This document shows, piece by piece, positions 11,006-20,411 of a stretch of DNA of 64,000 nt (position 1 is the first letter of the stretch; each line of letters opens with the position of its first letter). This stretch comes from Pseudomonadota bacterium (GTDB taxonomy: Bacteria; Desulfobacterota; Desulfobulbia; Desulfobulbales; SURF-16): contig JAZDEG010000038.1 in the NCBI GenBank assembly GCA_043809085.1, positions 5,350 through 69,349 on the forward strand, given 5' to 3'. A program made the translations under genes and the position numbers. The notes beneath the pieces are model-generated. The model saw nothing but the letters and a program-made list of their open reading frames with translations, was not told where the DNA came from and did no database searches.

Positions 11006-11589
11006 TGAAACCCGCGGTTTTTCTCGATCGTGACGGCACCATCAATGAACAGATGGGCTATATTAACCACATCAGCCGGTTTCATCTTATTCCCGGCGCG
11101 GCTGAGGCCATCAGCCGCTTGAACGGGGAGGGGATTCCGGTGGTGGTTGTCACCAACCAGTCCGGACTTGCCCGTGGCTATTTTCCGGAAAGTTTGCTCG
11201 ATGCGGTGCACCGGAAAATGGAGCAGGAACTGGCGGCAGAAAATGCGCATGTTGATGGAATATATATCTGCCCGCACCATCCCGAGGCCAAGGAGGAAAA
11301 GTTCCGGCTTGCCTGCGATTGCCGCAAGCCCCGAAATGGTCTTTTTCTGCGGGCTGCCATTGATCTGGATATTGACCTTGCCCGTTCCTATGTGGTGGGC
11401 GACCGCTGGTCCGACCTCAAGGCCGCCGCCCGTTGCGGAGCCAAGGGAATCCTGGTGCTCACCGGATATGGCCGGGGCGACCTTGACTATATCGGGCCGC
11501 AGCAGGAGATCCAACCACATTTCGTCGCAGAAGACCTGCAGGAGGCGGTTTCCTGGATTTTGTCCGATCTGCAGGGGATTGCGCGTTAA
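11005..11589 (+). CDS. gmhB: D-glycero-D-manno-heptose 1,7-bisphosphate phosphatase
   Basis: FLDRDGTIN, VTNQSG, CPHHP...CDCRKP, VGDRWSD. Confidence 0.93.
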   Translation: MKPAVFLDRDGTINEQMGYINHISRFHLIPGAAEAISRLNGEGIPVVVVTNQSGLARGYFPESLLDAVHRKMEQELAAENAHVDGIYICPHHPEAKEEKFRLACDCRKPRNGLFLRAAIDLDIDLARSYVVGDRWSDLKAAARCGAKGILVLTGYGRGDLDYIGPQQEIQPHFVAEDLQEAVSWILSDLQGIAR

Positions 11590-11866
11590 TTTTTATCTTC
11601 TGCTTTCTCGTCTCTTTAATATTGATTCAACTCCGTCAACATGTTATGTTAGTCCCGGCGAACCCTGAAATCATCCAGTAACAAAATGGTATAACTGTTT
11701 GATCTGCATTGTTTTCATTTAATGGGTTTTTTATTGGACGAAAATGATAATTTTTTTTAAATGAAAATGGTAAGATGAATATATTGTGTAACGGGTTTCT
11801 TTATCCGGAAAGATATCTTCCGCCTGACAGTGACGACGGCTCTTGTCTTTATCCATCTGAAATCCG

Positions 11867-13588
11867 GTGTCCGGCTTTATTGATGACGCCATCAGTTTTC
11901 AGGGTGAGAAAGTGACAAATTCCATTGCTGGAAAAATAACATCTTTTTTCACTCGGATCTTAGAGGGATATTTGTCTGATACGGTTATGAAGGATAGTAA
12001 CCGTGACGTGTACCTGAAAATTGTCATGACCATCGCCGTCAGCCTTATCGGCAGCATTACCCTTTTCTTTTTCGCTCTTGTTGCCTTTTTTCAGGATCAT
12101 CTCCAGCTTGGCCTAATCGTTTTGGCTGTCTGCCTGTTTCTCACCTTTAATCTGGTTTTGTTTTGCAGAACGGGGCACTACTTGCGTGCAAGTTATCTTG
12201 GTATTGCCAGTATCGGAGCCCTTTTTTTCTATCTTTTTGTGACTGGCGGCGCCAGCAACACGGGGTATCTCTGGATCTATACCTTTCCGTTGGTTGTTTT
12301 TTTTCTCCTCGGATCACGGCAGGGAACCATAGCGACAATTCTGCTGTTCCTGCCTGTCGTGATTTTTCTTTTTTTTGATCACAAAATAGCATTCCTGACA
12401 TCCTACCCTTTTGATTTGAAACTTCGTTTCATCCCATCTTTTCTGGTGGTTTTTGCTTTTGCCTATATTTATGAATATTTACGGGAAAAAACGCATGGTG
12501 AGCTTGAAAGCAGTAATGAGAAATTAGAGAAAAAAATACTTGATCGCACTGCCGATTTGAAAACCGCCTTTGATCTGGCTTCCTGTGAGGTGGATATTCG
12601 AAAACGCGTCGAGAAGAGACTGGAGAAGGCGCACAAAGGCCTGCAGACCATTCTTGAAAGCATGGATGCCGTTGTTTACGCGGCTGATATCAAGACATAT
12701 GAAATATTATTCATGAACCAGTATGCCCGGACAATATTTGGCGACGGTGTCGGGCGGAAATGCTGGCAGATTTTCCAGAAAGACCGGCAGGGGCCCTGCT
12801 CTTTCTGTTCCAACAAGGAGTTGATTGATGAGAAAGGTCACCCCAGAAGTTATTCCTGGGAAATGCAAAATACGATGAACGGTCGCTGGTATGACATGCG
12901 GGACTGCGCCGTGGGCTGGAATCATGGGGAAATAGCGCGTATTCAGATTGCAACGGATATAACCCCGCGCAAAATTGCCGAAGAAAAAGTCCTGAAGGCA
13001 AAAAAAGAGTGGGAGACCACATTCGATGCCCTTATTGAACCGGTTTTCATCCTTGATACGGACTTTACCATCGTGCGGGCCAATATGGCAATGTCTCAAA
13101 GGCTCGGCCTGACCGTAAGCGAGGTTATCGGCAGAAAATGTTATGAATTGATGCATGGCGGCAATGCACCTCATGGGGAATGTCCTTATCTGAAGATGCT
13201 ACAGGACGGGTGCTCCCATTCAGCCGAGATTTTAGAGGGAAAACTCGGCGGCGATTTTTTCGTCTCTGTTTCTCCCATTGTGGATGATCGTGGGGTTCTG
13301 CAGGGCGGGGTCCATGTGGCAATCGATATTACCGAGCGCAAGAAAGCCGAGGCGGAAAAAAGCCGATTGATAGGGGAACTGCAGCAGGCATTGTCGCGGA
13401 TCAGGAAACTCGAGGGAATCATTCCCATCTGTTCCTTTTGTAAGAAAATCCGGGATGACAAGGGATATTGGAACCAGCTTGAAAAATACATCAGCGACCA
13501 TTCTGAAGCCCTTTTCAGCCACAGCATTTGTGAAGAATGCGCGAAAACGAATTATCCGGAATTATTTGATAAAGAGAAAGCTGAATAA
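11867..13588 (+). CDS. Membrane-anchored tandem-PAS sensor with Cys-motif C-terminal domain and no kinase domain
   Basis: About 6 N-terminal TM helices, two PAS/PAC domains ending in DIT, C-terminal PICSFCKKIRDDKGYW...FSHSICEEC; start codon uncertain. Confidence 0.8.
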   Translation: MSGFIDDAISFQGEKVTNSIAGKITSFFTRILEGYLSDTVMKDSNRDVYLKIVMTIAVSLIGSITLFFFALVAFFQDHLQLGLIVLAVCLFLTFNLVLFCRTGHYLRASYLGIASIGALFFYLFVTGGASNTGYLWIYTFPLVVFFLLGSRQGTIATILLFLPVVIFLFFDHKIAFLTSYPFDLKLRFIPSFLVVFAFAYIYEYLREKTHGELESSNEKLEKKILDRTADLKTAFDLASCEVDIRKRVEKRLEKAHKGLQTILESMDAVVYAADIKTYEILFMNQYARTIFGDGVGRKCWQIFQKDRQGPCSFCSNKELIDEKGHPRSYSWEMQNTMNGRWYDMRDCAVGWNHGEIARIQIATDITPRKIAEEKVLKAKKEWETTFDALIEPVFILDTDFTIVRANMAMSQRLGLTVSEVIGRKCYELMHGGNAPHGECPYLKMLQDGCSHSAEILEGKLGGDFFVSVSPIVDDRGVLQGGVHVAIDITERKKAEAEKSRLIGELQQALSRIRKLEGIIPICSFCKKIRDDKGYWNQLEKYISDHSEALFSHSICEECAKTNYPELFDKEKAE

Positions 13589-13619
13589 CGGAAAACCCGA
13601 TTTTTATTTGCAGCTTGGC

Positions 13620-14510
13620 TTACAGAAGATCAGCCAAGGCGTCCTGCAACAGGGGATGGGTAAATGTAAATCCTGAGTTGATTGCTTTTTCCGGCATGAC
13701 CCGCTGTGAGCCGAGAAGCACTTCGCCAAACTCCCCCAGAACAGCTCTCATGACAAATCCGGGAACAGGCACAATGGCAGGCCGGTGCAGCGATGCTGCA
13801 AGTTGCGCGGTGAACTCCCGGTTGGTCACAGGGTTCGGCGCCGCACCGTTCACCGGACCATGGATGTTTTCGTCCTTTGCCGCATGAAGCAAGAGGTTGA
13901 CCAGGTCATCAATATGAATCCATGACATGTACTGTCTGCCGTTGCCAAGTCTGCCGCCAAGACCCAGTTTGAAAGGTGTCAGCATCTGCGGCAGGGCGCC
14001 GCCGTCAGTGCCGAGGACAACGGCAAACCGCACTGAAACAACCCTGGTCCCAAAAATTTCCGCCTTTCGTGCCTCTTCTTCCCAGAGCGTGCAGACCTTT
14101 GCCAGGAAATCATTTCCGGCAGGCGATGATTCGTCGAGTATTTCGTCGCCCCGGGAACCGTAAAACCCTACGGCGGAGGCGCATATCAGCGTGGACGGAG
14201 GATTTTCTGCCTGACCGAGCGCATGGACCAGGTTTTTTGTCCCTTCCACTCGGCTCCTGAGTATCCTGTCTTTTTTCTCAGCATTCCATCTGCCCTTGAA
14301 TATGGATTCCCCTGCGAGATGGAAAACCGTATCCACTTCGGCGAATACTGCCGGATCGAGGGGATGTCCCATATCCCATTTCCGCGCTTTGGCACTTGTG
14401 ATGGTCTGTCGTATCCGCTCGGGATTTCGGCCGAGAACAACAGGATTGTCAAGTCGCGAGACAAGATGTTTTCCGATAAAACCGGTTCCTCCGGTAACGA
14501 GTGCGCGCAT
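13620..14510 (-). CDS. TIGR01777/YfcH-family NAD-dependent epimerase
   Basis: VTGGTGFIG, SAVGFYG, FKLGLGG.LGNGRQYMSWIHIDD. Confidence 0.9.
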   Translation of the reverse strand: MRALVTGGTGFIGKHLVSRLDNPVVLGRNPERIRQTITSAKARKWDMGHPLDPAVFAEVDTVFHLAGESIFKGRWNAEKKDRILRSRVEGTKNLVHALGQAENPPSTLICASAVGFYGSRGDEILDESSPAGNDFLAKVCTLWEEEARKAEIFGTRVVSVRFAVVLGTDGGALPQMLTPFKLGLGGRLGNGRQYMSWIHIDDLVNLLLHAAKDENIHGPVNGAAPNPVTNREFTAQLAASLHRPAIVPVPGFVMRAVLGEFGEVLLGSQRVMPEKAINSGFTFTHPLLQDALADLL

Positions 14511-14731
14511 GATTTTTTTCCTCTTTCAGGAGAATGTTGAATAGTTATCTCTCTTTTCATTATACATAACTTTTTCCACAATGTGATGAATCAGTTTTTC
14601 CCCCTCTGAGCATGCAATGCTCGATGTAATGTTTTGAAAATAGTTATTACTCGGCATTGACATCTGCAGGTTGGTGATTAAAATTTTAATTAAATAATTA
14701 AATATTCCCTCTGAGGCATTTGGAGACCGAC

Positions 14732-15028
14732 ATGAATGTTATTGAATATTGCCAGACCGTTGTTGGGGAGCTTGAAAATTGGCGAAGAAGACTTGCTTTG
14801 CTGGATCATAAAATCGCAGCCCAGGGCAGCAAGGCCCAGGGCAAAACGCTTGATGATTTTGAAGAGCTGCATTTGATCATAGCGGCGCTTGATGCAAGGG
14901 TGCATGCCTTGCGAAATGAGTGCCCGGTTTCAAGGAGAAAGTTGATCAGGAAGGAAACGGTTGGTCCGGTGACAATAAACTGGGATGCGGCCATTAAAGC
15001 CAAAACAGATTCCGGCTGCGGAGGGTGA
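14732..15028 (+). CDS. Hypothetical helical protein
   Basis: GGAGA SD before ATG; coiled-coil-like with YC and ECP motifs. Confidence 0.55.
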   Translation: MNVIEYCQTVVGELENWRRRLALLDHKIAAQGSKAQGKTLDDFEELHLIIAALDARVHALRNECPVSRRKLIRKETVGPVTINWDAAIKAKTDSGCGG

Positions 15029-15044
15029 AGTCCAAAGTCGGGAT

Positions 15045-18000
15045 TTATTTTTTTTCAAGGGCTTTTCGGATGATCTGTGCCATGTGGTCGATCAGCAGAG
15101 GCTTCATGGCGTATTGACGAATACCCATTCGGGCGGCCTGCTCCGGAGTCAACATGTGACTGAAACCGGTGAGAAGAATAATGGGAATATCAGGTCGTAA
15201 TGCTGTTATTTTCTGAGCCAGCTCGGTTCCCGTCAGATGCGGCATCATCTGGTCGGTGATGACAAGATCAAAGTTTTCCGGATTTTTCCGGAAAAGGCGC
15301 AAAGCTTCGCTGCTGCTTGTGGTCATGGTTACCTGATAGCCCAGTTTTTTCAGAAATATCTCATTAAAAACAGCGACCGCTTCTTCGTCGTCGACAAATA
15401 GAACTCTTTCCGTGCCTCCGGGAAAATTGGTCATGGCGGCTGATGTTTCCGCCGACATTTCCGATTCGATGGCGGGGAAGTAAACATCAAAAGTGCATCC
15501 CCTGCCAGGGGCGCTTTTCACATCGATCCCGCCATGCAGGCTCTGGACAATACCATGGACCAGAGCCAGACCCATTCCGGTACCTTCGCCGATTTTCTTC
15601 GTGGTGAAATAGGGTTCAAATATGCGTTCCAGGGTGGCGGAATCCATCCCTTGGCCAGTGTCCGTCACCCGCAGTCGGACATATTTCCCTTCCTCCATGC
15701 CGGGGGAAAATTTTGTTATTTCTTTGGCAACTTCCATTTTCCGGAGTTCAATTTTCAGAGTTCCACCATGATGCTGCATGGCGTGATAGGCGTTGGTGCA
15801 GAGGTTCATGACGATCTGGTGAATTTCCGTCGGGTCAGCCATGATGGTGCCGCATTGTGAGTCAATGTTTTCATTTATCGTGATGGGTGATGGAATCGAA
15901 GCCCTGAGCAGTTTGACTGCTTCCTTGATGACGAGATGGGCATGCAGGGGCTGCCTTTCATGTTCGGTCTGGCGACTGAATGCAAGTATCTGTTTTACCA
16001 GATCCCTTGCGCGTTTGCCCGCCAACAGAATCTGTTCAAGGCATTCCTGGGCGTTGCTGTTATCATGAAGTTCGTATTTGAGCAGGTCGCCAAAGCCGAG
16101 AATGGCGGTCAGGATGTTGTTGAAATCATGGGCGATACCGCCGGCCAAGGTGCCGATGGCCTCCATTTTCTGCATCTGCCGCACCTGTTTCTGCAGTTCT
16201 TCCTTTTCTCTTCCCGCGATTTTCCGGTCAATGTCGATGGCAATTTTATCAGCTACCGATTCAAATGTTTTCAAAACAAAGTCGGATAGGGGATGTCTGG
16301 AAAAAAGAGCCATCACACCTATGAGCCTGTCGCCGATGGTCAGGGGATATCCGGCAAAGGAAACTATTTTTTCCCGTTTGGCCCAATCCTGATCTGCGAT
16401 TTGTGGATTGCCGATGACCTGATTGGTCAGGTGCGGTTTTTTTCGGCCGCCAATCTGCGCTATTTTGTAGCCGCTGTCCATGGCAATCCGTCCATGGGGA
16501 TCGTCAAGGTCAAGATGGGTAGACATACCCGCACTTCCATGCAGAACCAGCATGTTGCCGGGTGGTTGGAGTATCCAGATGCGGGCAACTGCGGCATGGA
16601 GGCGGGAGAAAATTGCTTCACAGCACATCTGCACCATATCATGCAGGTTCCCGGCCGTGGAAACCGCCTGGCCGATATCAGCCCCCAAGGCCCACATGAT
16701 GGCCTGATTGGCCTGGTTCCGTTCATTTTCTTTGCGCAAGGTAATATCGCGGTCAATGCCGCGGTAGCCCTGAAATTCGTCACCGTCATCAAATATCGGC
16801 ACCCCGTTGGTTTCAAGTATTATTTGCCTGCCGTCTTTGTGGAGGTAGGTGCTTTCAAAGCCGATGAAGGGTTGCCGAGCTTCAACAATCGTGCTGAATT
16901 TCGGGGAGACCCGTTCCGCCTCTTCCTTAGGCATCAGATCAAAGGTTCTTTTATCCAGCACTTCTCCCGGATCATAACCCAGCAGCTCTTTTACCTTGGA
17001 GCTGGAATAGGTGAATCTGCCGTCGGAATCTATTTCCCATATCCAGTCACTGGTGTTTTCGACGAGTTGCCGGTAGCGTTCCTGACTTTCGATAAGTTTT
17101 AATTCTGCGGTTTTACGGGCGGATATATCTTTCAGACTTAAGATGGTTCCTATTTTTTCACCACTCTGACCGACAAGGGGAGAGGATCTGATGAGGGCGA
17201 AAAATGAATTCCCTGATTTCCCGGCAATACGGACCTCCGTGCTTGCCGGGGAGCAGAGAAGTTTTCTGGCGAGAGAAACGTAATCGCACTTCCCCTTATC
17301 CGCCGGCGGACAGAGAATGATCTCGGAAATATTTCTGCCGAGGGCTTCTTTTTCCTCATACCCGAGGAGAGTCACGGCTCCGCCGTTCCAGGTGAGGACC
17401 GCGCCTTTGAGATCGGTGGTGATAACGGCTTCCTGGAGCTGGTCGATGATCTGGGCCTGTTTCTTCAGCTCCTCCACCGGTGACAAATCCCGGACGCCCA
17501 TGAGAACACTGACGGGCTCTCCCCGTTCATTTCTGATGATCTTTATCATCGTCTGAATGGGCCGTCTCATGGGGTTGTCGGGATGGTCGGCATCCATGAA
17601 GAGCTGGGCGTCTTTTCTTTCCTTGCGTGCCCGGCAGACGGGGCAGGGTTCAGGTTCTCCATGAGGATGCATGAGGGTGCGGATGTCTTTGCCGATGGTC
17701 ATCTCCGGTGTGAAACCTGTCATTTTGTAAAAGGTTCTGTTGGCCTGGATAACCTTGTCGTCAAGGCCGATGAGATAGACGGCGTCTTCAATGAAATCCA
17801 TGGCGTTGGCCCATTCGGCCGCCCTTTTTTCCAGCTCAGATTCGGTTTTCTTGCGCTCCTCGTGACTTCTCCTGGTGGCGATGCCGTAGCTGATATCAGA
17901 TGCAAGGCCCAGCAGGAGACCCATTTCCTTGTCATCAAAGGCATCCCGTTCAACAGCATAGAGGTTTAAAGTGCCGACGACACTTTCATTGACAAACAGA

Positions 18001-18770
18001 GGGAAAGAGGCCGAAGACGCGTACCCCCTTTTTGTCGCCTCATCGCGCCAGGGGGCAAAAAGAGGATCTGTCAGGATGTTTCTGCAGATGAAGGGTTTCC
18101 CCGTGCGGATGGCCGTCCCGGTCGGCCCTTTTCCCCGTTCGGTGTTGGACCAGGTGATTTTTGCGCTATCAAGATAGTTGTCGTGAAATCCCCAGTAGGC
18201 CACCGGGCATACGGTTTTTTGTGCATCATCAAGAGCAAAGCCGATCCAAGCCATGTGGTAGCCGCCGAGGTCGACAATAACCCGGCAGAGCTGGTGGAGA
18301 AGCTCCAGTTCGTTGAATGGTCTGGAGAGGATTTTGTTGCTTTCATTCAATGTGTTGAGAGCCCGGTTGACCCGTTGCAATTGTTTTTTTGCTTTTTCCT
18401 GGTGAGAGATGTTTCTGGCGGTATATGCTGTTCTGATCATCTCCCCATGATCGTTAAAAACCGGCGCTGCGGTCACCATATAGACACCACCGAGCATTTC
18501 CATCTGCATTGTATTGGATTCGGGGACAAGGGATTGTTGCAGCCGGCTGTGTGGACAATCGAAAGGGGGCAGGCTTTTGCCGTGAAATATTTCGTAACAG
18601 TAGCGGCCGATCAGCTGATTTTCCGAAAGGCCGGTTGCCTTTAAAACGGCAATGTTGGCGCCGACAATTTTTTTGTCAAGATCGAGGATCATGACAATAT
18701 CTTCCACCGCATTGATAGCGGAAAACCAATCCTCGCAGGAGGGAATTATTCGTGGTTCAGAGGGGGGCAT
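15045..18770 (-). CDS. Hybrid sensor histidine kinase (PAS-GAF-PAS-PAS-PAS-GAF-HisKA-HATPase-REC)
   Basis: AGGIAHDFNNIL, MNLCTNA, FEPYFTTK..GEGTGMGL, receiver LVITDQMMP. Confidence 0.93.
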   Translation of the reverse strand: MPPSEPRIIPSCEDWFSAINAVEDIVMILDLDKKIVGANIAVLKATGLSENQLIGRYCYEIFHGKSLPPFDCPHSRLQQSLVPESNTMQMEMLGGVYMVTAAPVFNDHGEMIRTAYTARNISHQEKAKKQLQRVNRALNTLNESNKILSRPFNELELLHQLCRVIVDLGGYHMAWIGFALDDAQKTVCPVAYWGFHDNYLDSAKITWSNTERGKGPTGTAIRTGKPFICRNILTDPLFAPWRDEATKRGYASSASFPLFVNESVVGTLNLYAVERDAFDDKEMGLLLGLASDISYGIATRRSHEERKKTESELEKRAAEWANAMDFIEDAVYLIGLDDKVIQANRTFYKMTGFTPEMTIGKDIRTLMHPHGEPEPCPVCRARKERKDAQLFMDADHPDNPMRRPIQTMIKIIRNERGEPVSVLMGVRDLSPVEELKKQAQIIDQLQEAVITTDLKGAVLTWNGGAVTLLGYEEKEALGRNISEIILCPPADKGKCDYVSLARKLLCSPASTEVRIAGKSGNSFFALIRSSPLVGQSGEKIGTILSLKDISARKTAELKLIESQERYRQLVENTSDWIWEIDSDGRFTYSSSKVKELLGYDPGEVLDKRTFDLMPKEEAERVSPKFSTIVEARQPFIGFESTYLHKDGRQIILETNGVPIFDDGDEFQGYRGIDRDITLRKENERNQANQAIMWALGADIGQAVSTAGNLHDMVQMCCEAIFSRLHAAVARIWILQPPGNMLVLHGSAGMSTHLDLDDPHGRIAMDSGYKIAQIGGRKKPHLTNQVIGNPQIADQDWAKREKIVSFAGYPLTIGDRLIGVMALFSRHPLSDFVLKTFESVADKIAIDIDRKIAGREKEELQKQVRQMQKMEAIGTLAGGIAHDFNNILTAILGFGDLLKYELHDNSNAQECLEQILLAGKRARDLVKQILAFSRQTEHERQPLHAHLVIKEAVKLLRASIPSPITINENIDSQCGTIMADPTEIHQIVMNLCTNAYHAMQHHGGTLKIELRKMEVAKEITKFSPGMEEGKYVRLRVTDTGQGMDSATLERIFEPYFTTKKIGEGTGMGLALVHGIVQSLHGGIDVKSAPGRGCTFDVYFPAIESEMSAETSAAMTNFPGGTERVLFVDDEEAVAVFNEIFLKKLGYQVTMTTSSSEALRLFRKNPENFDLVITDQMMPHLTGTELAQKITALRPDIPIILLTGFSHMLTPEQAARMGIRQYAMKPLLIDHMAQIIRKALEKK

Positions 18771-18915
18771 ACGTTACTCCAGCAAATCGCTTATGGCGAT
18801 GATAAGGCGGCCGACAGGTCAAAAAAATCGGCAATATGAAAAATATTCTAGCAGAAAAGAAGGAAAAGTGAGAAGAGGATATGCAAAAAAAGGTCAGGTT
18901 TTTGGCCGATGCTGC

Positions 18916-19224
18916 TTACTTGAATTCAAAAACCGTTTCGTTTTTCTTGAGGAAATTATGTTCGCTGCGGGCAACTTCCTCAAGATAGGAAGGATCATTC
19001 TTGATTTTGTCCAGAGTTTCCTGGAGAAGGCGGTTCTCTTCCCTGAGTCTGGAGTTTTCCGCCTGAACGCTCTCCATCTGATTTTTTACGGAACGATATG
19101 CGAGCATGCCGTTAGGGGAAAAAGTCAGCCAGGCGGCTACCATGCATAATGCGAAAATACAGAAGAGGACCAGCGTCTTGATTTCTTTTGTGTTGAGTAG
19201 TTTGAAGTTTTTTGCTTGGCGCAT
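18916..19224 (-). CDS. Septum formation initiator (FtsB/DivIC family)
   Basis: Single TM, coiled coil, YLEEVARSE..FLKKNETVF. Confidence 0.8.
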   Translation of the reverse strand: MRQAKNFKLLNTKEIKTLVLFCIFALCMVAAWLTFSPNGMLAYRSVKNQMESVQAENSRLREENRLLQETLDKIKNDPSYLEEVARSEHNFLKKNETVFEFK

Positions 19225-19293
19225 ATATTCAGGGTAGAGTTAATGGAATAATGACAAATCGTAAACCAAAGCGGTGAAAAGGAAAAGACAATT

Positions 19294-19710
19294 TTGAGCG
19301 AAAGACCGAGGATATATATTGTCAGCGCCTGTCTCGTTGGCTTGCGGACACGCTACGACGCCGTATTGAAGCCGTGCGATGCCTGCTGTTCTTTTATAAG
19401 GGATGCAATCTGGATTCCTGTCTGCCCCGAGCAGATGGGCGGTTTACCCACGCCCAGGGTGGCTGCTGATATTGTCGGAGGTGACGGGTATGATGTTTTG
19501 TCCGGCCGGGCTCGGGTCGTAACCGGAAATGGACTGGATGTCACGGAGCAATTCCTGCGGGGTGCCCGGCAGGTGCTGGAAATTGCCAGAGGGCAGCAGG
19601 TTGACGGAATACTGCTCAAATCAAGAAGTCCCTCCTGCGGTATGACTCCGCGATTCGGTGTTACCGCAGCCCTGCTGCAGCAGCATGATTTTGCCCTGAA
19701 GGAATTTTGA
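19294..19710 (+). CDS. DUF523 / thiouracil desulfurase-family Fe-S protein
   Basis: SACLVG..RYD, VCPEQMGGLPTPR, KSRSPSCG. Confidence 0.85.
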   Translation: MSERPRIYIVSACLVGLRTRYDAVLKPCDACCSFIRDAIWIPVCPEQMGGLPTPRVAADIVGGDGYDVLSGRARVVTGNGLDVTEQFLRGARQVLEIARGQQVDGILLKSRSPSCGMTPRFGVTAALLQQHDFALKEF

Positions 19711-19775
19711 CAACGGCTAAATCCCGGGAAAAGATGCCCCATCGGGGAACATGGTTCTCTTCTTCTGTCTCTTTG

Positions 19776-20156
19776 CTATTTCTGATACCAGGAACCATCC
19801 GGTTTCTGCAACCAGGTTCCTCCTGCGGCCTGTCCGGCGATCTGCAGGGCGCGGCGTGAACCAACCAGCCCAGGGTCAACCCCCTGCTGTTTGGCAATGG
19901 CTTCATAGACCTGGCGACGATCGCTGTTTTCGTCATTGACCAGTGCTGCCTGTTTTTTGTTACTACTGCGGAATTCAAGAAAACCGGCGTTGTTTTCTCC
20001 AATCACCCCGCCGACCTTCAAGCTGTTAAGAACAGGCAACCGTTCTTTCATCCGATTTTTAATGTCATTGCCTGCCCCCAGGCAGGAAGAGGAAAAAGAA
20101 AAAGACACAGCAAGGAGAAGAAGAAGAATAAAACGAATATTGGTTTGGGTCTTCAT
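19776..20156 (-). CDS. YdbL (DUF1318) family protein
   Basis: IGENNAGFL, VNDENSDRRQVYEAIA, WLQ..DGSW; follows ydbH-ynbE. Confidence 0.85.
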   Translation of the reverse strand: MKTQTNIRFILLLLLAVSFSFSSSCLGAGNDIKNRMKERLPVLNSLKVGGVIGENNAGFLEFRSSNKKQAALVNDENSDRRQVYEAIAKQQGVDPGLVGSRRALQIAGQAAGGTWLQKPDGSWYQK

Positions 20157-20171
20157 GTTTATATCCTTTTG

Positions 20172-20369
20172 TTATTGCTGAACATTGTCAATGTCATCGA
20201 AAAAGTTATCCAGGGCCTTGTCGACTTTGATGTTGATATCAATGGTGATGTGAATAGGTTTTATTTCCACCGGTGCAACCTGGACTTCATGGCGTGAATC
20301 AATTTCATGCTTCGTGCAGGCGCACATGAGAAGCAGAGGCAGGAAAAACAGTATCATTTTGGGTCGCAT
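20172..20369 (-). CDS. YnbE-like lipoprotein
   Basis: Lipobox-like MCAC, PIHITIDINIKVD motif; sits between ydbH and ydbL homologues. Confidence 0.75.
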   Translation of the reverse strand: MRPKMILFFLPLLLMCACTKHEIDSRHEVQVAPVEIKPIHITIDINIKVDKALDNFFDDIDNVQQ

Positions 20370-20411
20370 CCGGTTTACTCCTCGCGCAAAGGGCAATTTT
20401 CAAGGCATCCT

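Noticed and set aside
10549-11520. 323-aa minus-strand ORF
   Set aside because: Antisense shadow of waaF and gmhB.
14651-14668. Possible sigma54 promoter upstream of the 14732 gene
   Set aside because: GG and GC are separated by 11 nt rather than the required 10.
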